The translations under genes and the position numbers were made by a program. Shown here piece after piece: positions 31,604-41,942 of a stretch of DNA of 64,000 bases (position 1 is its first letter; the number at the start of each line of letters is the position of its first letter). This DNA is from a bacterium. Its GTDB lineage: Bacteria > Synergistota > GBS-1. The DNA is taken from the NCBI GenBank assembly GCA_030153785.1, contig JASKLF010000004.1, forward strand, positions 91,797 to 155,796, given 5' to 3'. The notes beneath the pieces were generated by a model. That model made no database searches and had not been told where the DNA came from. It saw nothing but the letters and a program-made list of their open reading frames with translations.

Positions 31604-32405
31604 TTACCCATCCCTCCTTTAATAGGAATTCTATAACATTAGAGAAGGTTTTGGAAGCCTCGCTATGGGGAGCATGTCTTAGAAAGCTTAAACCTTTGTC
31701 GCTCCATTCTACTATTTGCGGGTCAAACGGAATTTGTCCGAGGAAGTTTAGGTTCCACTTCTGTGCAGCCTCTTTGCCTCCATTTTTCCCAAAGAGGTTT
31801 ATTTCGTTTCCACAGTGAGGGCATTTGAACCCGCTCATGTTTTCTATTATCCCGATAATTGGAATGTTTAATTCTTTTGCAAAGTTAACAGCTTTTTCTA
31901 CATCCAAAAGGGCTACCTCCTGGGGGGTTGTTACTACTATGAATCCATCTAACTTTCCTATTAACTGAACCAGGCTTAGTGCTTCATCACCCGTTCCTGG
32001 TGGAAGGTCTATTATAAGATAGTCGCAATCTCCCCAATCTACTTCTCCCAAGAGTTGTTCAATTGCTCTCATTTTTATAGGTCCTCTCCATATTATTGGG
32101 GTTCCTTTTTCTTTTAATAGAAAACCTACCGACACGATTTTAAGGTTTTCTCCCAGTAATACAGGTTTTATCTTGTTATCTTCTATGGTTAGCAATTTAT
32201 CTTCTACTCCAAGCAGTTTGGGTATATTTGGCCCGTGAAGGTCTAAATCGAGTAAGCCTACTTGTTTGCCTTCCATTGCTAACCCTAAAGCAAGATTAGC
32301 AGCTACAGTGCTTTTGCCTACGCCACCTTTGCCACTTATTATTGCTATTTTCCTTTTTACACGGCTAAGATTTTCTGCTACGGGGATTCTTCCTGGCATT
32401 TCCAT
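31590..32405 (-). CDS. Mrp/ApbC Fe-S cluster carrier ATPase
   Basis: SGKGGVGKST, DLPPGTGDE and ENMS..CPHC motifs; ATG 32405 follows AGGAGG. Confidence 0.95.
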   Translation of the reverse strand: MEMPGRIPVAENLSRVKRKIAIISGKGGVGKSTVAANLALGLAMEGKQVGLLDLDLHGPNIPKLLGVEDKLLTIEDNKIKPVLLGENLKIVSVGFLLKEKGTPIIWRGPIKMRAIEQLLGEVDWGDCDYLIIDLPPGTGDEALSLVQLIGKLDGFIVVTTPQEVALLDVEKAVNFAKELNIPIIGIIENMSGFKCPHCGNEINLFGKNGGKEAAQKWNLNFLGQIPFDPQIVEWSDKGLSFLRHAPHSEASKTFSNVIEFLLKEGWVTEKH

Positions 32406-32424
32406 AAAGTTTCGCCTCCTCAGG

Positions 32425-34533
32425 CTAATTTTTGATACCATATTTCTTTAACAGTTCCTGAAATCTTTTTTCTATATCGTCTTCTTCCTTTTCTTTTTGG
32501 GGTTTTTGGGAAGGAGTTTCTGTGTAAGGCTGTGTTTGTTCAGGAAATGTGTAAGGGGCGTTTTTCTGAGGGATGTTAGTGGGGATGCCATGGATATCAC
32601 ACGTTTCCGTTGGTTCGGTGCCTTTTACAAATGCTTCTTCGATTATCTTGGGGCAAGATTCTGATGGGAGTTTCCCCGTTTGAGCGCAAACCTTGACGAA
32701 TACGATGTCATTTGGTATAGGAAAATCTCTTACGGGAGCGTTTTTAAGGGCTTTTTCCATGAATTCTTTCCATATAGGAGCTGCTACTCTTCCACCTGTC
32801 ATTCCTTCCCCAAGGGGAGAGCAATCATCGTTCCCAATGTATACTGCTGCAAGCAACTCTGGTGTAAAGCCAATAAACCACGCGTCCACAAAATTGTCGG
32901 TAGTCCCTGTTTTGCCTCCACATGGTCTGTTTAACATAGCTCTTACGCCCGTTCCTCTTTTCACGACATGTCTCAACATGTCTATCATAAGGTAGGCTGT
33001 TTCTTCACTTAATACCCTTTCTAACGTTGGCAGGTTTTTTTCAAGTAAGTTCCCATTTCTATCTCTGACCTCGAGTATTGCAATTGGCTTTACGTTAAAT
33101 CCTCCGTTTGCAATACAAGCGTAAGCCCTTGCCATTTCTAAGGGGGTAACCGTAGCTGATCCTAAAGCTATAGATAAATCATTTGGCAAGGGACTCTTTA
33201 TACCCATTTTACGTGCATATTCTATTATCTTACTAGGGCCTAATTCCTGGGCTACCTTTACTGCTACCACATTATATGAGTGTTCAAAGGCCTCTCTTAT
33301 AGTTACCCATCCGTGAAATTCCCCATCATAGTTAGAGGGTTTCCATCCATTTGGAAATTCTATGGGCGAATCTTCCACGAGTGTGCTTTCGGTGAAACCG
33401 TTATCAAAAGCAGCTGTATACAAAATGGCTTTGAATGCCGAGCCTGGTTGCCTAAGTGCTTGAGTTGCTCTGTTAAACTGACTTTTCCTGAAATCCTTCC
33501 CTCCCACCATTGCTTTTATAAAGCCTGTTTGGGGGTCTAATGCTACTAAAGCTCCATTTGCAGGTGCTTTACTCATGGCTTCCTCGGCATACCTTTGAAG
33601 ATCAAGGTCCAGCGTAGTGTAAATTTTTAGTCCTCCTCTATATACTTGCTGAGTGCCGTACTTCTCAAGCAGGTATTTTAAAATGAATGTAACAAAGTAC
33701 GGAGCTTTCCACCCTTTCGCTTCTTGATAGTTAGAGAATACAAGAGGTTCTTCCATGGCTTTCTCTGCTTCTTCGTGGGATATATAGCCCAGTGCCTCCA
33801 TTCTCTTTATAACGTATCTTGTTCTAGCTAAGGCCTTGTTTAAATTTTTGTAAGGGGAGTAAAATGATGGTGCTTTGATAACAGCAGCTAAAAAGGCGCA
33901 CTCTGGAAGAGAAAGTTCCCAAACATTCTTGCCAAAGTATGTTTTAGCTCCCGCTTGGACTCCATAGGCTCCGTGTCCTAAATATATCTCGTTCAAATAT
34001 AGTTCTAAGATTTTATCTTTGCTATAGGCTTGCTCGATCTTAAAAGCAAGCATTATTTCCTTTATTTTCCTTTCCAATGTCTTGCTCGGTGTTAAAAAGA
34101 GATTCTTTGCTAACTGTTGGGTAATTGTACTTCCTCCTTCAACGATTCTACCGCTTTTTATATTGTTAATTGCAGCTCTTATTATTCCTCTAATATTTAT
34201 TCCATGGTGGTAGTAGAAGTCGCTGTCTTCGGCAGCCAGAACAGCATATATAAGATTTTTGGGTATTTTTTCCAAGGGAACCCATATTCTGTTCTCTTTG
34301 AATAGATTTGCTATTATTCTCCCCTTGGAGTCATATATTTGTGTGGTAAGCTCTGGTTCATATTCTTCCAGAATAGAAACATCCGGTAATCCTCTATACC
34401 AGAAAATCAATATACCTGCTATGATTCCAAAAAGTATGCCTGCTCCGATGAGAGCAATCATTAAAAGTATTCTTGGTTTTAAGGTTTTTCTAAGAAATGA
34501 GCTTTCTTTGATTTTGTTCTTTCTCTTTTTCAT
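32425..34533 (-). CDS. class A penicillin-binding protein 1A
   Basis: AAED..F..H.G, GGSTITQQLAKN, SAFK, SYN and KTGT motifs. Confidence 0.96.
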   Translation of the reverse strand: MKKRKNKIKESSFLRKTLKPRILLMIALIGAGILFGIIAGILIFWYRGLPDVSILEEYEPELTTQIYDSKGRIIANLFKENRIWVPLEKIPKNLIYAVLAAEDSDFYYHHGINIRGIIRAAINNIKSGRIVEGGSTITQQLAKNLFLTPSKTLERKIKEIMLAFKIEQAYSKDKILELYLNEIYLGHGAYGVQAGAKTYFGKNVWELSLPECAFLAAVIKAPSFYSPYKNLNKALARTRYVIKRMEALGYISHEEAEKAMEEPLVFSNYQEAKGWKAPYFVTFILKYLLEKYGTQQVYRGGLKIYTTLDLDLQRYAEEAMSKAPANGALVALDPQTGFIKAMVGGKDFRKSQFNRATQALRQPGSAFKAILYTAAFDNGFTESTLVEDSPIEFPNGWKPSNYDGEFHGWVTIREAFEHSYNVVAVKVAQELGPSKIIEYARKMGIKSPLPNDLSIALGSATVTPLEMARAYACIANGGFNVKPIAILEVRDRNGNLLEKNLPTLERVLSEETAYLMIDMLRHVVKRGTGVRAMLNRPCGGKTGTTDNFVDAWFIGFTPELLAAVYIGNDDCSPLGEGMTGGRVAAPIWKEFMEKALKNAPVRDFPIPNDIVFVKVCAQTGKLPSESCPKIIEEAFVKGTEPTETCDIHGIPTNIPQKNAPYTFPEQTQPYTETPSQKPQKEKEEDDIEKRFQELLKKYGIKN

Positions 34534-34712
34534 GGCTCCATTGCTTTAAAGATTATATCACAATTTGACATGGGTGCATGGTTTAGCAATTTCTTATGGA
34601 GGCATCTCTTGAAGAGCTTAAAACCAGTATTACTGGTATAATTTTTTGGGGGATATCAATTCTTTCTCTAGTTTTGTTAATATAGTAATATTATTGCGAA
34701 AGGAGATCCGAC

Positions 34713-35447
34713 ATGAGTAAGCTAAAGAACTTTATAGTGCTTTTCTTAATTTTATGTGTACATGGAGCTGTTTTTGCGGACGAGAGTATCATTAAGGTAG
34801 GAGCTTCTTCTCCTCTTGTGGCTGATCTTGTTAGGAGTATAGGTGGAAATAGGGTAGAAGTTGCGATTTTTCCGAAATGGGAGGGAGTGAAAGCCGTATT
34901 TTGGATGGGGAAGGAACTTGAGCCAGAGGTATATAAAAGAATCCGGGCTTTAGAACATATTCCCAAAGTGGGATTATTAGGTTATGTTCCTCGCATAGAT
35001 GATAATCCATATGAGTATTTTGATGCCCTTGCGATAAAAGTCTTTGTTTATAGGGTGTCTAAAGTTTTGAAGAGGTTGGATCCAAAAGGATGGGGATATT
35101 ATCAGAGGAATCTTTCCAGGTACTCTTTGGCTATAGATGGCGTCTTCAGGGATGGAAGGTGGAGCATGGCTAACTTTAATGAAAAGGTAGTTTATACGCT
35201 TTCTCCACACTTTTCCTATCTCTTAAAGGGACTTGGGCTAAGGGAGAAAAGAATTGCGGTAGAAAACCTCAAAACCGTAAAAGGTGTAGTAATAGATAAT
35301 CCCGAGCAACCTTTAGAGCAACCTCTTCCTAAAGGCATCCTTCTGGTAAGACTAATGGCAAATTTAAATGAGGAACTCAATACCTATTTGGATCTTTTAA
35401 AAGAGAATATTATGACTTTGAGTTTGGCTCTTTCACAGATTAAGTGA
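34713..35447 (+). CDS. divergent ZnuA/TroA-like solute-binding protein
   Basis: Signal peptide, IKVGASSPLVADLVRSIGG.RVEV and L..LDP....Y..N patterns, HFSYL. Confidence 0.6.
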   Translation: MSKLKNFIVLFLILCVHGAVFADESIIKVGASSPLVADLVRSIGGNRVEVAIFPKWEGVKAVFWMGKELEPEVYKRIRALEHIPKVGLLGYVPRIDDNPYEYFDALAIKVFVYRVSKVLKRLDPKGWGYYQRNLSRYSLAIDGVFRDGRWSMANFNEKVVYTLSPHFSYLLKGLGLREKRIAVENLKTVKGVVIDNPEQPLEQPLPKGILLVRLMANLNEELNTYLDLLKENIMTLSLALSQIK

Positions 35448-35459
35448 ACTGGTTGCTTT

Positions 35460-35846
35460 TTAGGTTTCTATGTAAGCGATGGCGTCAATTTCAAGTAAGG
35501 CATTTTCTTTTGGCAAAGAGGATACCTCTATCGTTGTGCGCGCTGGAGGATTTTCTCCAAAAAATTCAGAGTATGTCTCGTTAAACTCTTTGAAAAGAGC
35601 TATGTCTCTTAGATAACAAGTGGTTTTAACTATGCTTTCCATAGTTCCACCAGCTGCTTCCACTATAGCTTTTATATTTTCTAAAACTCTGCGAGTTTGA
35701 GCTTTTATATCTCCCTTTATGACTTCTCCGGTGACGGGATCGATAGCTATTTGACCAGATACGAAAAGGAAATTTCCACACTTTATGCCTTGACTATAGG
35801 GTCCTATCGCTTTTGGAGCAAGATTTGTAGTAACCTTTTTCTTCAT
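35460..35846 (-). CDS. ridA: RidA/YjgF enamine-imine deaminase
   Basis: [22 protein letters not shown] and EIDAIA motifs. Confidence 0.93.
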   Translation of the reverse strand: MKKKVTTNLAPKAIGPYSQGIKCGNFLFVSGQIAIDPVTGEVIKGDIKAQTRRVLENIKAIVEAAGGTMESIVKTTCYLRDIALFKEFNETYSEFFGENPPARTTIEVSSLPKENALLEIDAIAYIET

Positions 35847-35877
35847 AATCGGAATTCCTCCTTTCATGTGATTTTTC

Positions 35878-36756
35878 TTAAACGGAGGCTAATATGCTAC
35901 CTGCTACCACAAATATACTACCCATGCTTTCCTTGAAACCTAACTTTTCTTTATAAAAAAGGGAGGCTAATAAAGTTGTTATAAGCGGGCTTGTTGCTGT
36001 TATAACTCCTATTTGGGATACAGGAGCTAAATGTAAAGCCTTTATAAAGGCTAAATAGCTTACCCCTATTCCAAGAGTTCCTCCAAAGCTTAGTATGAGC
36101 CAAGTCCTTACTTTTTTAATATTTCTGGAGAGTTTTGTTCGTTTAAGCAAAATAGAAAAGGATGTAATTAACAAGAGGGATCCTACTCTCCATGTCATGA
36201 AGGATACAGGAGTGAAGTAAGAAGATACCGCTTTAACTAATGCCAAGGATAATCCCCATGAAATTGCGGTTCCCAAAGGTAGAATATAGTTCGATAAAGG
36301 CAGTTTTCTAGGTGAAGTGGCATCTTTTTCTTCATAAAGTAGATAAATTCCGCTGATTACTGCTAAACATGCAAGGATGAGCTTTGCAGTTATCTTTTCT
36401 CCAAAGAAAAGATGCGCCGTTATTATAGTCACAATAGGGTAGCTTGAGCTAATTACGGTGCATTTCCCAACTCCAATTTTTTCTAACCCCTTGAAGAACA
36501 TGTTGTCTCCAACGAACAAGCCCAATATAAGGGAGGAGAAGAAGATAACCCAGCCTTCAAGAGGTAGAAGAACCCTAACTTGGTCCCAGGTTTCAAGAAG
36601 GAAGTTCACGAATAATACAGATATAAAAGCACCTACATTCCTTATAAAATTTGTTTCAATGGGAGATAAACCTTCTCCTCCCCATCTATACAGAAGTGGG
36701 GAAACCCCCCAAAAAAAGGCTGTGGCAAAGCCTAATAGAACGCCTTCATTAAACAT
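35878..36756 (-). CDS. EamA/DMT-family transporter
   Basis: About 10 TM segments in two EamA repeats (…FFGEKI…, …FYKEKL…). Confidence 0.9.
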   Translation of the reverse strand: MFNEGVLLGFATAFFWGVSPLLYRWGGEGLSPIETNFIRNVGAFISVLFVNFLLETWDQVRVLLPLEGWVIFFSSLILGLFVGDNMFFKGLEKIGVGKCTVISSSYPIVTIITAHLFFGEKITAKLILACLAVISGIYLLYEEKDATSPRKLPLSNYILPLGTAISWGLSLALVKAVSSYFTPVSFMTWRVGSLLLITSFSILLKRTKLSRNIKKVRTWLILSFGGTLGIGVSYLAFIKALHLAPVSQIGVITATSPLITTLLASLFYKEKLGFKESMGSIFVVAGSILASV

Positions 36757-37924
36757 CTCTAAGGGCTCTATCTATATCTTTTTTCAGGTCTTCAATATTT
36801 TCTATTCCTACAGATAGCCTTACTAATGTTTCTGTAATTCCCAATCGTTCTTTCTCCTCTTTGGGAAGATTTCGATGCGATGTAAAAGCAGGTCTCGTTG
36901 CTAAAGATTCAACAGCACCTAAGCTTGGAGCTTTTTTAATAAGCTGAAGTGAGTCCATGAAGAAAGCGGCTCCGTCAGCTGTTGTATCTATTTCAAACGA
37001 AACCATTCCTCCAAAGCCGTCCATCTGGGTTTTAGCTATTTCATGGTCTGGATGAGACTCAAGTCCAGGGTAGTAAACTTTCCTAACCTTAGGATGTTTT
37101 TCTAACCATTTTGCCAATTCCATAGCGTTTTGATTTTGCTTTTCAACCCTTAAGGCAAGGGTTTTTATTCCTCTTAATATTAAATAGGCGTCAAAGGGGC
37201 CTAAGAGATTTCCAAAAATTCTTCTTACATCCCAGACCTTGGCCATATCCTCTTTACTACCGACTGCAATCCCTCCCATGGTGTCATTGTGTCCACCAAG
37301 ATATTTAGTAGCACTGTGAACGATGATGTCTGCTCCATAAAGTCTTGGCCGTTGATTTATAGGAGTGGCGAAGGTGTTATCCACTATGACCTTTATTCCT
37401 TTCTTTTTTGCTTTCATAGTTAGTTTCTTTATATCGAGAACCCTTAAGGTAGGGTTTGTTGGGCTTTCAAGAAAGAGAACATCTATTTTGCCTTCATCTA
37501 TGAACCTTTCTATTTCTTCCATTTCTTCCACAGATCGTGTATATACGTTAACTCCGCATTTAGAGAGAAAGTTTTCAGCGAAGACAATGGTATCGCCGTA
37601 AACATCCTTAATTAATAGCATGCTCTGTCCAGCAGTTAGGAATGCGATAAGGGTGCAGGTTATAGCTCCCATTCCTGATGAAAAAGCTACCCCATCTTCA
37701 CATCTTTCGAGTTGGGCAACCTTTTTTTCTAATGCCCTGATCGTAGGGTTACCCCATCTTCCGTATCGGAAGCCAGCTTCGGTTCCCTTTTTAAAAAGTA
37801 TGTCGAACTCATCTTCTTCCCTTTGGAATTCGTATACTGCGGAAGGATAAATCGGCATTATCGTAGGTTTCCCCTTTTTGGTCTCTTCAATAATAGAGAG
37901 AACAACCTCGGTTTCTAAATGCAA
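36749..37924 (-). CDS. Cys/Met-metabolism PLP enzyme (cystathionine gamma-synthase/lyase or methionine gamma-lyase family)
   Basis: YGRWGNPT, SSGMGAI, ESPTNP, DNTFATP and HSATKYLGGH motifs; TTG 37924 follows AAGGAGGTG. Confidence 0.92.
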   Translation of the reverse strand: MHLETEVVLSIIEETKKGKPTIMPIYPSAVYEFQREEDEFDILFKKGTEAGFRYGRWGNPTIRALEKKVAQLERCEDGVAFSSGMGAITCTLIAFLTAGQSMLLIKDVYGDTIVFAENFLSKCGVNVYTRSVEEMEEIERFIDEGKIDVLFLESPTNPTLRVLDIKKLTMKAKKKGIKVIVDNTFATPINQRPRLYGADIIVHSATKYLGGHNDTMGGIAVGSKEDMAKVWDVRRIFGNLLGPFDAYLILRGIKTLALRVEKQNQNAMELAKWLEKHPKVRKVYYPGLESHPDHEIAKTQMDGFGGMVSFEIDTTADGAAFFMDSLQLIKKAPSLGAVESLATRPAFTSHRNLPKEEKERLGITETLVRLSVGIENIEDLKKDIDRALRDV

Positions 37925-37969
37925 TTTATACACCTCCTTATGCTATAATTTGAAAACGAGCTTTAGAAA

Positions 37970-37998
37970 ATTATATCTTCTGTTTGCCTTCATGTAAA
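37970..37998 (-). promoter_or_regulatory. sigma70 promoter of the PLP lyase operon
   Basis: TTTACA-17 nt-TATAAT on the minus strand. Confidence 0.65.
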
Positions 37999-38055
37999 GT
38001 TTTATTTGAGATTTTGTAAAAATGAAATACGCTCTTTTCTATAGACTGAATTCTG

Positions 38056-38115
38056 AGGCTCCTTGGTTAAAGATACTGTAGTGGAAAATTTCAGCATCTC
38101 TGCAACAGGGAGCCT
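38056..38115. repeat. 60-bp imperfect inverted repeat
   Basis: AGGCTCC…GGAGCCT outer arms and AAAGATACTG/CAGCATCTCT inner arms. Confidence 0.6.
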
Positions 38116-38123
38116 ACACTACC

Positions 38124-38152
38124 TTGACTAAGCAAAGTGACCGTGATAGAAT
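38124..38152 (+). promoter_or_regulatory. sigma70 promoter of the tRNA cluster
   Basis: TTGACT-17 nt-TAGAAT with TG extension, 9 nt before tRNA-Pro. Confidence 0.8.
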
Positions 38153-38161
38153 ATAGAGCGG

Positions 38162-38239
38162 CGGGGCGTGGCGCAGCTTGGTTAGCGCACCTGCTTTGGG
38201 AGCAGGGGGCCGAAGGTTCGAATCCTTTCGCCCCGACCA
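38162..38239 (+). tRNA. tRNA-Pro (TGG)
   Basis: Cloverleaf, TT-TGG-GA loop, CCA encoded. Confidence 0.95.
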
Positions 38240-38253
38240 TTCTTAATCTAAGA

Positions 38254-38330
38254 GCGGGAATAGCTCAGGTGGCTAGAGCATCGGCCTTCCAAGCCGAGGG
38301 TCGCGGGTTCGAATCCCGTTTCCCGCTCCA
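38254..38330 (+). tRNA. tRNA-Gly (TCC)
   Basis: GCGGGAA acceptor, CT-TCC-AA loop, TCCA end. Confidence 0.95.
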
Positions 38331-38341
38331 GATAAGAAGGT

Positions 38342-38418
<77 letters not shown>

Positions 38419-38444
38419 TTTTTGATAGAATTTTTAATTTTTGT

Positions 38445-38522
38445 GGTGAACGTAGCTCAAGTGGTTAGAGCACCAGGCTGTGGACCTGGGGGTTGGGGGT
38501 TCGAGTCCCCTCGTTCACCCCA
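38445..38522 (+). tRNA. tRNA-His (GTG)
   Basis: Encoded G-1:C73 pair, CT-GTG-GA loop. Confidence 0.95.
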
Positions 38523-38537
38523 TAATTGAAGGAAAGT

Positions 38538-38615
38538 GGGTCGTTAGCTCAATTCGGACAGAGCACCTGACTCTTAATCAGGGGGTTGCAGGTTCGAGTC
38601 CTGCACGACCCACCA
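38538..38615 (+). tRNA. tRNA-Lys (CTT)
   Basis: CT-CTT-AA loop, CCA encoded. Confidence 0.95.
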
Positions 38616-38650
38616 TTTTGAATTTTAGTTTTTGGTTTTGCATAAATTCT

Positions 38651-38737
38651 GCGAGAGTGGCGGAATTTGGCAGACGCGCTGGACTTAGGATCCAGTGGCG
38701 AAAAGCCGTGCGGGTTCAAATCCCGCCTCTCGCACCA
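38651..38737 (+). tRNA. tRNA-Leu (TAG)
   Basis: CT-TAG-GA loop, long variable arm, CCA encoded. Confidence 0.95.
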
Positions 38738-38759
38738 GTTGGGCTTGAAGATACAAGAG

Positions 38760-38800
38760 AAAGGATGCTTCTGGTATTAAGAAGCATCCTTTTAATATTT
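38760..38800 (+). terminator. intrinsic terminator after the tRNA cluster
   Basis: Perfect 13-bp stem AAAGGATGCTTCT/AGAAGCATCCTTT, 7-nt loop, AT-rich tail. Confidence 0.75.
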
Positions 38801-38817
38801 AATGAGGAGGGAATACA

Positions 38818-40080
38818 ATGAAAGCAGAAATTCTTCAAAGAGAAGGTCATCATGCGAAGGTTAAGATTGAAATTCCGGCGGAGGAATTTTCTCAGGCTGT
38901 GAATAGAGCTTTTAAAAAACTTGTAAAAGATGCAAATATACCCGGCTTTAGGAAAGGTATGATTCCGAGAAAGGTCTTTGAAGCGGTTTATGGAAAGAAG
39001 ATTATATACGATGAGGCTATTCAAGATATAGCTCCACCTGCTTATGACAAGGCGATTAAGGATCTTAACTTGGATCCTATAACAAGGCCACGTATATCCT
39101 TTGCAGAAATTGAGGAAGGCAGACCTTTGGTATTTACAGTTGATCTTGTGTTAAAGCCGGAAGTTAAGTTGGGAAATTACGATGATATAGATGTTACCGA
39201 GGACAAGATCGAGGTTACCGATGAGATGGTTAATGAAGTTTTGAAGGATTATCAGGAGCGCCTCGCCACTTTCGAAGAGGTAAAGGATAGACCAGCGAAA
39301 CTTGGAGACTTTCTTATTGTTGAGGTCAAAGATGAAAAAAGTGGCGAATGGAGAAAGGCTCAACTTTTCTTGAGTGAGGAAGTTAAGGAAAAGCTTGAGG
39401 GATTAAATGTTGGAGATGAGAGGGAACTTGAAATTAAGGGAGAAAGGTTTACAATAAAGGTATTGGAGATAAGAGAGAAAAGGTTACCTGAGATAAATGA
39501 GGATTTTGCGGTTTCCCTTGGGTTCGAGAGTTTGGAGGAGTGTAAGAAGTCTATAAGGGAGGCGCTTGAGGCGGAACTTAAAAGAAGGGTTGAGATTGCT
39601 TTCAGAGAGAGAGTTATAGAAAAACTGGTAGAGCTTTCAGAGGTTGAACTTCCTGAAGAGGCTGTGGCTGAAGAAATAGAGTATCTCAAGGAAAGCGATA
39701 AGAGGAAGGCCGAAGAATACGGCATGAGCTTGGAAGAGTTTTTACGAAGGATAGGAATTGAGGAAGGTAAAGTAAGCGAGTACTATAAAACTAGGGCAGA
39801 AAAGAGATTGAAAAGGGAGTTTGTTCTCGATGCTTTAGCGGAAAAGGAGAATGTTTCAGTTTCCGATGAGGAGGTTGAGGCAGAGCTACGGAGCATAGCG
39901 CAGGAAAACAATGTTCCCTATGAACGTGTTAAGGCCTTTTGGGAAAGCGAGGAGAGAATAAAAGTTCTGAAGAGTGATATAATAAGAAGAAAAGCAATAG
40001 AAAAGGTTATAGAATACATTAAGGGAAGAGGTGAAGATAGAAAAAATGTTGATTCCAGTAGTGATAGAGCAGACACATAG
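38818..40080 (+). CDS. tig: trigger factor
   Basis: IPGFRKG ribosome-binding motif; lies upstream of clpPX. Confidence 0.95.
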   Translation: MKAEILQREGHHAKVKIEIPAEEFSQAVNRAFKKLVKDANIPGFRKGMIPRKVFEAVYGKKIIYDEAIQDIAPPAYDKAIKDLNLDPITRPRISFAEIEEGRPLVFTVDLVLKPEVKLGNYDDIDVTEDKIEVTDEMVNEVLKDYQERLATFEEVKDRPAKLGDFLIVEVKDEKSGEWRKAQLFLSEEVKEKLEGLNVGDERELEIKGERFTIKVLEIREKRLPEINEDFAVSLGFESLEECKKSIREALEAELKRRVEIAFRERVIEKLVELSEVELPEEAVAEEIEYLKESDKRKAEEYGMSLEEFLRRIGIEEGKVSEYYKTRAEKRLKREFVLDALAEKENVSVSDEEVEAELRSIAQENNVPYERVKAFWESEERIKVLKSDIIRRKAIEKVIEYIKGRGEDRKNVDSSSDRADT

Positions 40081-40627
40081 AGGAGAAAGAGCATATGATA
40101 TTTATTCTCGTTTGTTGAAGGATAGAATCATCTTTATCGGTGAACCCATAGATGACAATGTTGCGAATATCGTAGTTGCTCAGCTTCTTTTTCTTGAGGC
40201 GGAGGATCCTAAAAAGGATATATTCATTTACATAAATAGTCCTGGCGGGTTGGTGACGGCGGGGCTTGCTATCTACGATACCATGCAATATATAAAGGCT
40301 GATATTTGCACCATATGTATAGGTCAAGCTGCGAGTATGGCAGCTGTGCTTTTGGCTGCTGGGACAAAGGGGAAGCGATATGCTTTGCCTCATGCCCGTA
40401 TAATGCTTCATCAACCCCTTGGTGGTGCTCAGGGACAGGCTACAGACATAAACATACAGGCCAAGGAAATAATGAGATTGAGGGGTTTAATAAACGATAT
40501 TCTGGTTAAGCATACGGGTCAAAGTCTCGAAAGAATAGAGAAAGATACAGACAGGGATTTCTATATGACGGCGGAAGATGCCAAAGAGTATGGGATAATA
40601 GATGAAGTAATAACAAGAAGGAAGTGA
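40046..40627 (+). CDS. clpP: ATP-dependent Clp protease proteolytic subunit
   Basis: [26 protein letters not shown] and HQP motifs. Confidence 0.98.
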   Translation: MLIPVVIEQTHRGERAYDIYSRLLKDRIIFIGEPIDDNVANIVVAQLLFLEAEDPKKDIFIYINSPGGLVTAGLAIYDTMQYIKADICTICIGQAASMAAVLLAAGTKGKRYALPHARIMLHQPLGGAQGQATDINIQAKEIMRLRGLINDILVKHTGQSLERIEKDTDRDFYMTAEDAKEYGIIDEVITRRK

Positions 40628-40631
40628 TTGG

Positions 40632-41927
40632 ATGATAACTTTTAGGGGGGATAGCGAGAAAAACAAGAGGAAGCTGGTTTGCTCCTTTTGTGGTAGGAGT
40701 CAAGGGGAAGTTAAAAGAATAATAGTGGGGCCAGGTGTTAGTATATGCAATGAATGTGTTGATTTGTGCAAGCAAATTCTCGATGCGGAGATGGAAGATG
40801 ATAGGCCTGTAACTCTTAGATCTTCTTTGCCTAAGCCTGCTGAAATAAAGAGATTTCTCGACGACTATGTCGTTGGGCAAGAAAAAGCTAAGAGAATTCT
40901 CTCTGTTGCTGTTTATAATCACTATAAGCGTATATATTGTAGCGATCGATCCAGTAATATGGATATAGAAAAAAGCAATATTCTCTTAATAGGACCCACG
41001 GGTTGTGGGAAAACTTTACTTGCCCAGACATTGGCCAAGATGCTAAATGTTCCATTTGCTATAGCTGATGCAACCACCCTCACGGAAGCAGGGTATGTTG
41101 GAGAGGATGTTGAGGATATTCTTTTAAGATTGCTTCAAGCGGCGGATTTTGATGTTAAAAGAGCAGAAAAGGGTATAGTTTACATAGATGAAATAGACAA
41201 AATAGCTAGGAGGGGAGATAGTCCCTCTATTACGAGGGATGTTTCCGGTGAAGGGGTTCAGCAGGCTCTACTAAAGATTCTGGAAGGGACGATTGCTCAT
41301 GTTCCTCCACGGGGTGGTAGAAAGCATCCCTATCAAGAATTTATACCTGTCAACACTACGAATATTCTTTTCATTTGTGGAGGGGCGTTCGAGGGTATTA
41401 CTGAAATAATAGGCAGAAGAATTGGAAAGAAAGGATTAGGATTTGGAAGGGATATTACGAAAGAAGAGGAGCTCGATATTGGTAAAATCCTTGAAAAGGT
41501 TATGCCTGAAGATTTGCTTAAGTTTGGAATGATACCTGAATTCGTGGGAAGATTGCCCATAATTGCTACTTTACATCCGTTGGATGAAAACGCTTTAGTC
41601 AGGATTTTGACGGAACCTAAAAACGCTTTGGTTAAGCAGTATAAGAAGATATTCGAACTTGACGGTGTAGAACTTGATTTTGAAGAGGAAGCTTTAAGAA
41701 GCATAGCGAGAAAGGCGTTGGAGCTTAAGACAGGCGCTCGTGGCTTAAGAGCAATAATCGAAGAAGTTTTATTAGATGTTATGTTTGAGATACCCTCTTC
41801 TGAAAATATTAGAAAATGTGTTATAACTAAAGAAACGGTTGAGAAAGGTGCTCCTCCTTTGGTGTTAGAAGGACCATCGAAGAAGAAAGGTGTAGAAGCA
41901 AGCGATACACTTATAAGATTGGCTTAG
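40632..41927 (+). CDS. clpX: Clp protease ATP-binding subunit
   Basis: CSFCG zinc finger, [12 protein letters not shown] loop and LGF loop. Confidence 0.98.
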   Translation: MITFRGDSEKNKRKLVCSFCGRSQGEVKRIIVGPGVSICNECVDLCKQILDAEMEDDRPVTLRSSLPKPAEIKRFLDDYVVGQEKAKRILSVAVYNHYKRIYCSDRSSNMDIEKSNILLIGPTGCGKTLLAQTLAKMLNVPFAIADATTLTEAGYVGEDVEDILLRLLQAADFDVKRAEKGIVYIDEIDKIARRGDSPSITRDVSGEGVQQALLKILEGTIAHVPPRGGRKHPYQEFIPVNTTNILFICGGAFEGITEIIGRRIGKKGLGFGRDITKEEELDIGKILEKVMPEDLLKFGMIPEFVGRLPIIATLHPLDENALVRILTEPKNALVKQYKKIFELDGVELDFEEEALRSIARKALELKTGARGLRAIIEEVLLDVMFEIPSSENIRKCVITKETVEKGAPPLVLEGPSKKKGVEASDTLIRLA

Positions 41928-41942
41928 GAGGGATAGAAGTCT

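Noticed and set aside
34570..34641. 23-aa ORF MGAWFSNFLWRHLLKSLKPVLLV
   Set aside because: No SD sequence, and it overlaps promoter-like DNA.
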